Below are positions 37,725 to 45,595 of a stretch of DNA of 45,595 nt, piece after piece. The position numbers and the translations under genes were made by a program. Every line of letters begins with the position of its first letter. Within the stretch, counting starts at the first letter, position 1. The DNA is from Rhodoferax sp. GTDB taxonomy: Bacteria; Pseudomonadota; Gammaproteobacteria; Burkholderiales; Burkholderiaceae_C. The DNA lies in NCBI GenBank assembly GCA_028292305.1, contig JAQGMQ010000331.1, positions 1 through 45,595 on the forward strand, written 5' to 3'. Under the pieces are notes generated by a model. That model searched no databases. It saw only the letters and a list, made by a program, of their open reading frames with translations, and was not told where the DNA came from.

Positions 37725-37931
37725 TTAATGGCCAGACCCGGCGCCATTCTCTAATTGCATCAGCGCGGTCTTCAGATAGCACGCCAGGTCAAGCGCCTCC
37801 TCGAACGCGTGCTGGAGTAGCTGCGCCTGGGTCAGCCCGGCGGCTGCGAGCGTCGTGCCGTATTTGCGTTGGCCGAGGCGCGATCGTTCCGCCAGTTCAG
37901 CGCAAACCGCAGCGACCACGGGATCAATCAT
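37725..37931 (-). CDS. Phage hypothetical protein
   Basis: RSRLGQRKYGTTL...LQHAFEEALDLACYL. Confidence 0.6.
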   Translation of the reverse strand: MIDPVVAAVCAELAERSRLGQRKYGTTLAAAGLTQAQLLQHAFEEALDLACYLKTALMQLENGAGSGH

Positions 37932-38131
37932 GGCAGAAGCCTCGGCGCGGTGTAACGCCGGTTCCAAGCCCGAATGGCGTCTTCACGGGTAGCACTTCCC
38001 GTGTCCGGCCCTTCCGCTTGGCAATCGGCACATTCGACGTGGTAACACCACACTTCGCCGCCTCGGAGTTTTACAGCCGTGCCCCCACAAAAAGGGCAGA
38101 ACAGAGGTTCGGCGCTTTCGTGGTCACTCAT
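37928..38131 (-). CDS. Lar-family restriction alleviation protein
   Basis: CPFCGG...VECADCQAEGP.....DAIRAWNRR. Confidence 0.8.
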   Translation of the reverse strand: MSDHESAEPLFCPFCGGTAVKLRGGEVWCYHVECADCQAEGPDTGSATREDAIRAWNRRYTAPRLLP

Positions 38132-38421
38132 TGAGGCGCCTCGTATGCGTGGAACACCAACGCGCCATCTTGCAGCATGAAGGTGCTGATGTAGATGCCG
38201 GGATTGCCTGGCATCGGGTGGCCCGTGCCGTAAATGCGCAGGGTCCTTGGCCGCTTGCTATGGCCAGGGCAGACCTCGGCCCATAGGCAGACCGTGCCGG
38301 CCTGCACCGCCACGGTCAGGATGCGCGCCCCGCCGGGGATCATCACGGTCTGCTCGTCCGCGACTTGCACCGGGAATTTCCAGATCGCCGTTTGGTTACA
38401 TGGGTCAGTCGATCCAGCCAT
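38128..38421 (-). CDS. Phage hypothetical protein
   Basis: IWKFPV...ILTVAVQ...LWAEV...IYGTGHP...LVFHAYE. Confidence 0.65.
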   Translation of the reverse strand: MAGSTDPCNQTAIWKFPVQVADEQTVMIPGGARILTVAVQAGTVCLWAEVCPGHSKRPRTLRIYGTGHPMPGNPGIYISTFMLQDGALVFHAYEAPQ

Positions 38422-38629
38422 TGCGGAACCTCCATGCATGCTGGCAGCGTAAGCAATCGCCATAAGCCTCCTGCCGCTGCGGCATTGCGGTTTCTCCAAA
38501 AACGCCCGCCCATCGGCCGTTGCGAACGGTGTTTGATGTTTGGTGCAAGTCGGTATAGGTCACTTTGAAGTCGCGACTGCGGCACTTTGGACACCGCGCC
38601 TCGGTATCCCTTGCGGGGGCCGCAGTCAT
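38405..38629 (-). CDS. Small zinc-ribbon protein
   Basis: CPKC...CLRCQHAW. Confidence 0.55.
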   Translation of the reverse strand: MTAAPARDTEARCPKCRSRDFKVTYTDLHQTSNTVRNGRWAGVFGETAMPQRQEAYGDCLRCQHAWRFRNGWID

Positions 38630-38892
38630 GGTGACACTTTCTCCGCCAGCGCCGCCTTCGTCGCGTCAATAATGTCGCAGACAGTTGTTGCGTTGCTCAC
38701 TGCATCGTCATCCACTTCAATTCCAAAAACGCTGTTGATGCGCCATGCAAGGAATGACCTGTCCAAGTCATCCAGACCCAAATCGTTAAGCGTGGATGCC
38801 GACGTGACTTGACTAACTGCGCAGCCAATTTCGCAAGCCAACGCAGCAAGGCAGCGGGCTTCAACTGCGGTTCGTTGGACACGCTCGGTCAC
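38626..38892 (-). CDS. Acyl-carrier-protein-like protein lacking the attachment serine
   Basis: LNDLGLDDLD...FGIEVDDDAVSNATTVCDII; the canonical DSLD reads DDLD. Confidence 0.7.
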   Translation of the reverse strand: MTERVQRTAVEARCLAALACEIGCAVSQVTSASTLNDLGLDDLDRSFLAWRINSVFGIEVDDDAVSNATTVCDIIDATKAALAEKVSP

Positions 38893-39951
38893 TGCAAGCC
38901 CTCCTTCGCGTTCAGCAGGAAGTTGTAAGCTGACAGTGGCTTGCCTCGCTCGAACTCACCTATCGCGGCGTCAATTCCGGCGCGTAGCCGCTCTATTTCC
39001 TCAATCGCACTTTCGCACACTGCCGATACGGCCTCATCGTCGCCGGGCGTCACCCCTAAATTTGCGTTGTCCAGCCAGCGCAACCCGGAGATGACGTCGG
39101 CCGTCTGTTGGACATCGGTCATCGCAGCACCTCCTCCCAAAACTCCATGCCGTCGTTGGTCATGAATGCTTCATGAGCCTTGCACCGCTTTCGCTCGATC
39201 CCATTGACGTAGGTGATGACCATGCCGCCATGCCATTTGATGGCGACGTGGTCGTAGCCGACACGCGGGGTGGCTGCCCGCTTCATGGCGTCCATATCTG
39301 CCTGTGCCTGTTTCAACTCAGCGCCAGACCCAAGGGCTTCCAACATCGCGACAAGATCAGCGGGGTCCGATAGGTGTCCGTATTTATCTGCGGGAGCTTC
39401 GCCGATGAGTGCCAAGCCAATCGAGCATGTGCCCGCGTGCCATTTATTTGGGCATCCGCACTCAGGGCATTTCGCCGTCTGTTGGACAGGGTCAGACATT
39501 TCGTGACCTTTCGGCCAGTCGCTTGGCCCGGCTGAGAATGAGGTTCACGCAACTCATTGCTGCGTCGTATTCGGGTTCATCACCGCTCGGCCCGGTTTCC
39601 TCACGAACGCAGCGTGCAAACTCCCGGCATATCTCAGCGGCTTCTCGCAAAGCCTCAATGCGATGGGCCGCAGGGTCGGCCGTCTGTTGGTCACTTGGCA
39701 TCGGCTTCCTCCTTCGCCATCTGCGCCGCCATGGCCTTCCGGTCAGCGATCATCTTGGCGTGCCACGGCCACAACTCGGCTGGATCGAAACCCCGTGCCC
39801 GCGCCGCTTTCGATAGGTGTTCCATTTTCAGCGGGAACGGAATGCCGAGATATTCGGCAACTTCGTCGCCGGTCGTGCTGTGCCCGCCCTGGAAAGACGG
39901 GGCCATCAGCAGGATCAGGCGGGTTTCGGCTGTGTGTGTGATGTTGCTCAC
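38889..39951 (-). other. Four small coupled hypothetical genes (38889-39122, 39119-39499, 39492-39701, 39691-39951)
   Basis: Overlapping stops and starts; shared N-terminal QQTA/THTA motif. Confidence 0.6.
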
Positions 39952-40607
39952 TTCGCTTTCCCTTTCTTCCGTTCAGACCGCAGCGCCGCCTTAGCCTCCA
40001 CTTCCCGCGCATCAGCCCGCGTGCCCAGGTGCTTGTGCAGCAGGCGAATGCTCAACCGCACCCGCTTGGCGATCTCGGCCCCGCTGATCTCCCCAGGTGG
40101 CAGGCCCCATAGCGGCTTGGCTTCCGCCAGCGCCTTCTCTCGCCGCTTGCGCCGCGCCGCCGCTGCTGCCTCTACGCCAGCACTGCGCGCCGTCGCAGTC
40201 TGACCGCGCTTGCGCTGTGCCTCGGCATCCGCCAGGGCTTCCAGCAGCGCGTCGTCCATAGTGTCTGCGTCGAATGTCTCGCCCCGATCCAGCACGCGCA
40301 CGCTGGCATTCCGCAGGGCGGCGGCGGCAAGGGACTGGCAGATATCAGCCATCGACCAGCCCAGGACGCGCAGGCTGGCGACGATAATCAACTCGGGTTC
40401 ATGCCGCCTGGAAGGCTTGAGCATCTCCGCGCGATCCTTGAGCGATGCCGGGTCACGTCGGTGGCATTGGGTCTTGCTCAAGCGGTCCACGTAGGCGCGC
40501 GAGATGTCGATGTCCGCCGCCTTCATGGCAGCCTCTTGGTCGTCAAAGGACAAGCCGGGCACGCCGTCGCGGAGGTATGGCCTAGGGTGTGGACTGTCTT
40601 TCTGCAT
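39948..40607 (-). CDS. Resolvase/invertase-fold protein with degenerate active site and C-terminal HTH
   Basis: PYLRDG (vs YxRVS), DQEAAM, IVASLRVLGWS (vs VxxLDRLGRS), HTH ISGAEIAKRVRLSIRLLHKHL. Confidence 0.65.
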   Translation of the reverse strand: MQKDSPHPRPYLRDGVPGLSFDDQEAAMKAADIDISRAYVDRLSKTQCHRRDPASLKDRAEMLKPSRRHEPELIIVASLRVLGWSMADICQSLAAAALRNASVRVLDRGETFDADTMDDALLEALADAEAQRKRGQTATARSAGVEAAAAARRKRREKALAEAKPLWGLPPGEISGAEIAKRVRLSIRLLHKHLGTRADAREVEAKAALRSERKKGKAK

Positions 40608-40615
40608 CTGTTCGT

Positions 40616-40669
40616 CCTGTTGTGCTTGCAGAGTAGCATCAGGACGTGCATACTGCAAGCACGAACAGG
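40616..40669. promoter_or_regulatory. Inverted repeat carrying overlapping divergent promoters
   Basis: Arms CCTGTTGTGCTTGCAG / CTGCAAGCACGAACAGG; plus strand TTGCAG-17-CATACT, minus strand TTGCAG-17-TACTCT. Confidence 0.6.
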
Positions 40670-40701
40670 TTGTGCAGACGAACCCCGGCAAGGACTTCCC
40701 C

Positions 40702-40893
40702 ATGGCCCACGTCAAGATTGAGATTTGCCGCAACGGCATCTGGACTGTGCGCCAGGAAGGCGAGATCGAGGTGACGGCCGAGGCGCTGGTTGCTCTGCTG
40801 CCGTCCTACGCGATCCAGTATGCCCACCGCGCCTATCTGGATGGTTTGATGGTGGGCGAGATCGCAGCGCCGAAGTGCGGCCGCAAGTCATGA
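40702..40893 (+). CDS. Hypothetical protein
   Basis: AAGGA RBS; first gene of the rightward array. Confidence 0.55.
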   Translation: MAHVKIEICRNGIWTVRQEGEIEVTAEALVALLPSYAIQYAHRAYLDGLMVGEIAAPKCGRKS

Positions 40894-41441
40894 GCAATCG
40901 CTATTCCTATAGCGTGCCATTTTCAGCAGAAGAACTGCATGCCGACTACGTCGAATCGGTCATGACACAGGCTGAGGTTGGTAGAAAGTGGGGTGTGAGC
41001 CAGAAAGTGGTTTGGCGGGCATTGCAGCGAATGGGAATACCAACCCGCAGAGCCGTTGCCCGAAACCAACATATGAGCGCCAATAACAACTGGCGTGGGG
41101 GCAGACATCTGCTCCCCGCAGTTGCTCATTATGGCCCGTACGCGGACCAAGGGTATGTGGCGATATACCGTCCGCATCATCCACACGCCCGCAAGAACGG
41201 TTATGTTGCTGAACACATAGTTGTCGCGCTGGAGTGTTCCGGCGCTGACCGAATAGCGTCAGGCGAGTGTGTGCATCACATAAACCTGCAAAAAAGTGAC
41301 AATGCGCCAGACAACTTGGCGATATGCACATACAAAGATCATCAAAGATATCACTCTCAACTTGAAGAATTAGCTGTAAAACTTCTACTCGAAACAGGAC
41401 AGATACGTTTTCAAGTGGGTGTTGGTTATGTCGAAACTTAA
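40890..41441 (+). CDS. HTH + HNH homing-endonuclease-like protein
   Basis: NNNWRGG, GYVAEHIVV, VHHINLQKSDNAPDNL; lower GC than its surroundings. Confidence 0.85.
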   Translation: MSNRYSYSVPFSAEELHADYVESVMTQAEVGRKWGVSQKVVWRALQRMGIPTRRAVARNQHMSANNNWRGGRHLLPAVAHYGPYADQGYVAIYRPHHPHARKNGYVAEHIVVALECSGADRIASGECVHHINLQKSDNAPDNLAICTYKDHQRYHSQLEELAVKLLLETGQIRFQVGVGYVET

Positions 41442-41740
41442 GGTTTTGGATCTTTTTTCTGGTATCGGAGGTTTTTCTCTTGGGCTTGAGAGAACCAATG
41501 GATTTCGCACCGTGGCCTTTTGCGAGGTTGCCCCCTACCCCCGCCAGGTCCTGGCGAAGCATTGGCCGGAGGTGCCCTGTTATGAAGATGTCCGCACGCT
41601 CACGGCAGACAGACTTGCGGCAGATGGACTTGATCGAGTGGATGTCATCTGCGGCGGGTTTCCCTGCCAGGACATCAGCACTGCTGGGAAAGGCGCAGGA
41701 CTTGCCGGCGAACGATCCGGCCTCTGGTTCGAATACCTTA

Positions 41741-42584
41741 GGGTCTGTTAGCGCCTGAAACCAATTGGCGATATCTTCATTCTTCTGGCTTTTGGAGGAT
41801 GGATCAGGTGCTGACGGACGCACAGTGGGTTTTGCTGGAACCTTTGATCGAGGCATGTCGCCCTGCGGCCAAGGTGGCGCCTCGGCATCTGCGCCGCACG
41901 ATCAGTGCCATCCTGTGGCGCCACGATAATGGTGCCAAGTGGCGCGCAGTGCCAGAGGAACTGGGTCCCTGGTGGATGGCAGCCCAAACCTTCATCCGCT
42001 GGTCCAGGCTTGGGGTGTGGGAACGCCTGCTGACCCTGGTTCAGCAGAAGGGCGTGAGTCTTGGGATGACCTTTCTGGACGGCACCAACATCCGCGCCCA
42101 CCAAAAGGCGGCAGGGGCGGCGAAAAAGGCGACACTGCGCCGCAACGCGACACGCGTGAGGCGCTTGGCCGCTCTCGTGGCGGCTTCGGCACCAAAGCCT
42201 GCGTGATCGCTGACGGTCTGGGACGAGCCGTCGGCTTCGTGCTGGCACCCGGACAGGCACATGAATTGCCACATGCCGCTCCTTTGCTGGCGTGCCTGCC
42301 AGGCGTGCCGAAGTGGGTCATTGCCGACCGAGGCTACAGCAGCCACAGCTTTCGCGATCACATCTGGAACCTCGGCGCGCGGCCTGCCATCCCGACCAAG
42401 CGCAATGAAGCACCTGTGGCGTGCCCTGGCTGGATCTACACCAACCGCAATCAGGTCGAGCGCCTCTGGGCCCGTCTCAAGGAGTGGCGCGCCGTCGCCA
42501 CGCGATACGAAAAAACCGCATGCTCCTTCATGGGCGTCCTCTACATCGCCGCAGCCTGCGATTGGATCAAGCGCTAACAGAACC
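41741..42584 (+). mobile_element. IS5-family insertion sequence (IS427-like), 844 bp
   Basis: Terminal IRs GGGTCTGTTAGCGC / GCGCTAACAGAACC (13/14 match); TA target duplication at 41739-40 and 42585-86. Confidence 0.92.
41799..42577 (+). CDS. IS5 transposase, two ORFs joined by a probable -1 frameshift
   Basis: OrfA 41799-42206 (LTDAQW...FLDGTNIRAHQKAAG); OrfB in the -1 frame (GRSRGGFGTK, IADRGY, RNQVERLWARLKEWRAVATRYEK); GAAAAAGG at about 42122. Confidence 0.88.
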
Positions 42585-43041
42585 TAGGCTCGTCACGGAA
42601 ATCCGCCCGCGCTTCGTCATCATTGAAAACGTTGCAGCCCTTCGCAATCGCGGACTGGACGAAGTGCTGCGGGGGCTCGCTTCGGTCGGGTATGATGCGG
42701 AGTGGCACATTATACCCGCATCTGCTGTTGGAGCGCCCCATCAGAGAGAGCGAGTCTGGATTATTGCCTACGCCGCAATGCATGGATGCGAAGGGGAGTT
42801 GCGAGAAGGTGGCATCAACCAGGCGCTTCAAAGCCTGGCACTTGAAGCATTGGACCCATGGCACGGGTCTGGCAGTCCATTCGAAAACTGGCGTCAGCTC
42901 CTGGCCGAACCCCCAGTTTGCAGAGTGGCTGATGGGGTTTCCTCGTATGTGGATATCCGGCCAAGATTACACGCCTTCGGAAACTCTGTAGTGCCGCAGA
43001 TACCCGAACTGATCGGCCGGGCCATCCTGGCCAGTGTCACC

Positions 43042-45297
43042 TGAACCCCGAACCGGAGAACATTATGAAACTGAGCAACTTTATTGAAGGGCTTACGATC
43101 CTGCGGAAGCGGTTTAAAGGCGAGGACGGGTTTCATATCGGCGCGGAGCATGACGAGTTCTTCGTGTATGCGACCGACGAACCGCTGTCGCCCGAGGAAG
43201 TGACCAAACTTCAGGAACTCGGCTGGTCGCAGTCTGAGGTTGAAGATGGTGCGCCATATGACCCGGCCGAGGGTTGGCATACTTTCGTCTGACCGTCCTC
43301 TGAGCCCCGATAAGGAACCCCGACGATGACTGACTACGAAGCGTTGAAGGCATACGGCCACAGCCCCGCCAAGGCAGTCGAGATCGCCTTGGACGCCAAG
43401 CGCAGTGATAAGCAAGCGACGGCTTGGCTCGCAGTTGCCCGCATAGCGCGTGAACCCCGTCATGAGCAGTGATCAGCCAGGGGACGGCAGCAAACTACGC
43501 TGGGAACGTCTCGGCATTCCTTATCCGGAGTGCCTCGAACAGTTTCTTGCGGCGTTCCGTGACGATTGGATCAAGGCCGGCCAACCTGACCCCATGACGA
43601 CGGTGGCTTTGGTCAAAGAGATTGAACGGCTTCGATCTGAATTGTCGGACCTCTCCCGCGAAGTGACCTATCTCCGGCATTGCGGCGGATGATGGGTAAT
43701 CGGCGGGTCATTGCCTCTTGTGAGCCATATCACGTTTACCCGCTGAACGACCTCCGCGAGCATGAGATCAGCAGCACGTGCTGGTGCAAGCCGACTGAGG
43801 ATGACGGCGTGATGGTTCATCACAGCATGGACCGACGCGAAGAATACGAGAACGGGCGCAAGCCAAGCTGACCGTCCACGTAACCCCGAACCAAAGGACC
43901 GGCCATGCCAGCCATAGCCTTGAGTAAGGACGCGGAAGGGTTTGCCTATTCCATGTGGCGGATCATGTCACCGGAACTGAGCTTTCAGCGCCCGCACATC
44001 ATCCACCCTCGCACTCGCGCGGCACTCGACGAATTGACGGGCGCTGGCCTGCTTACACGGACAGATGACAAGCGCGGCCCGATGGCGTGGCGCCCGACCG
44101 ATGCGATGGCCATTGCCGTTAAGAAATTCCGCAAGCCCGGCCCGGACGTGAATTTCCCGATGACGACCGAGTGACCACGTAACCCCGAACTAGGAACTAC
44201 CCACATGGACACGCACCAAGCTGCCGCTTTCTTGGAATTCATGATCGGCTTCAAGTCGATTGGCGTGGCTGGGGATGAAGAAATCACTGTCCCAGTCTGC
44301 CCTGAGATGCGGGCATTTGTGGTGGCGCGGTTGGGAGAGAACACGCCGTCTTACTACAACCAGATGGTCCGCGTTCCTGGGCAAGCTGCCGCCATGGCAG
44401 GCTTGCTGCGCGAAGTCGCGGATCAAATCTGCCCCGCCTCCTGAACCCCGATAAGGATAGCCGAATGGCCGGATATACCTATAAGTGCGTCCTCCGCGTC
44501 CTACCGGAAAGCTACAAGGGCGAAGGATTTAAGGCGCGGAACGGTTCTGATTATGAGGGCGATGCGGGCTATGACGGCGACATTCATGTTGCTGCATCGG
44601 ACTACATTGACGACGCACGCGCGCTGCTGACTTGGCTGGTCGAAAACTCCGGCGAATGCATCGGGGACCATCCTGAGAAACTGGCGCAGGCGCAGGCCAT
44701 GCTGGCCCCGTCTGGCTGGTGATCACGTAACCCCGATTGGAGAAGCCGCATGTCCATAACCGAAGTCAGGTGCGAATTTACCCCCGGTCCTGATGGGGGT
44801 GGCACGCTTACGCCACTTCATCCCGTCCACTCGCCTGGAACAGTCTTGCGCCTGCTTGTACAAAATAGAGATGGGGAATGGGTGAAGGCGGCAGATGTGG
44901 ATGCCGGTCCGTGCGTGGCTGGCGATACAGTCAAGCCGATCCCGTTCAAATTGGGTAATTAACCCCCGCAAGGAGAACCCGATGCATTATCAGCCCGACG
45001 AACATTGGAACGGCTACTGGCGTGTGTGGCGTTCAAACGGCGCGCAGTCCGACTACGTGCGCAACCCCGCAGGGCATCCAGTCCGGTTCGCATCTGAGCA
45101 TGAAGCCGCACATTTTTGTGCAGCACAGCGCACCTACGCCTGAACAACCCCCTGCCTAGGACGCCATGACCTACCAAGACGCGATCAACAACCTATGCCG
45201 GGCGGGGCGCTACAACGAAGCGGCGTGGCTGGCTTTGATGCGTCTACGGTGGCCGGCGTTCTTCACGTTCGAATGCGATCTGAAAGACATGCCGTGA
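43042..45297 (+). other. Array of ten small genes (43065-43292, 43326-43472, 43462-43692, 43689-43871, 43905-44174, 44205-44444, 44465-44722, 44750-44962, 44982-45143, 45166-45297) separated by an AACCCCG-type motif
   Basis: ORFs of 43-89 aa, most with an RBS; junction motif listed under findings. Confidence 0.7.
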
Positions 45298-45316
45298 TGT
45301 GCTCTGAACGCAGAAA

Positions 45317-45347
45317 AGCGGGGCCAGGGTTTCCCCCCGGCCCCGCT
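45317..45347 (-). terminator. Intrinsic terminator between convergent genes
   Basis: AGCGGGGCC...GGCCCCGCT stem preceded by AAAA (U-tract on the minus strand). Confidence 0.7.
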
Positions 45348-45382
45348 CTGTATGTAGCCCAGCCGTTTAGCCCGTTGAGATG

Positions 45383-45535
45383 CTACGTTCGCCCAGACAG
45401 CATCATCACCAACAGCACCACGACAATAACGCCGATCAAGCCGGTTGGCCCGTAGCCCCAACCCAGCGAATTATAGCCGTAGCCGCCCCCGCCCAGGAGC
45501 AGCACGATGACGATGATCAGAAGAATCGTTAGCAT
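45383..45535 (-). CDS. DUF3309-like small membrane protein
   Basis: MLTILLIIVIVLLLGGGGYGYNSLGWGYGPTGLIGVIVVVLLVMMLSGRT. Confidence 0.75.
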   Translation of the reverse strand: MLTILLIIVIVLLLGGGGYGYNSLGWGYGPTGLIGVIVVVLLVMMLSGRT

Positions 45536-45595
45536 GAAATCACTCCTACTTGCGGCAATTCGATTTCCAAGTTTTGTTCAGCGCGAGGATCTGGC

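Larger units (their letters stand above)
41428..43044 (+). pseudogene. dcm: C5 cytosine DNA methyltransferase interrupted by an IS5 element
   Basis: VLDLFSGIGG, GGFPCQD, then ENV, RER, GNSVVP. Removing the IS and one TA restores EYL-RLVTEIRP and a 256-aa ORF. Confidence 0.9.

Noticed and set aside
43042-45166. Classical integron cassette array
   Set aside because: No IntI, and junctions are too short and lack RYYYAAC...GTTRRRY attC hairpins.

Overview
GC-rich (roughly 60-65% by eye) mobile element with Alphaproteobacteria-type genes and no clear host housekeeping genes. Bases 1-16.4 kb are a lambdoid temperate-phage early region: TerL (partial) and TerS, a Q-like regulator, a DUF1376 initiator with internal iterons, DnaB, RusA, a GapR-like protein, a Cro/CI switch with operators, YqaJ exonuclease, AlpA excisionase, an apparently intact attP and a P4-like integrase. 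Bases 16.9-37.5 kb hold a near-complete VirB/VirD4 conjugation system, a MOBF relaxase-helicase-primase fusion, a candidate oriT and a TraK/L/M-like trio, with phage-type genes inserted inside the transfer operons. Bases 37.7-45.3 kb are two divergent arrays of small genes with repeated junction motifs, flanking a catalytically degenerate resolvase. One array holds an IS5-disrupted, two-reading-frame cytosine methyltransferase. The most striking signal is at 13.4-14.2 kb: five stem-closed CCA-N9-TG-N4-CCA-N9-TG units embedded in two protein-coding genes. One of these genes encodes a nuclease-less IS110/Nop-like protein, so this looks like a TIGR-Tas-like RNA-guided system whose guides are hidden inside ORFs. 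The whole window looks like a conjugative phage (phage-ICE hybrid), possibly in episomal form. All family calls come from motif recognition by eye, not database searches.
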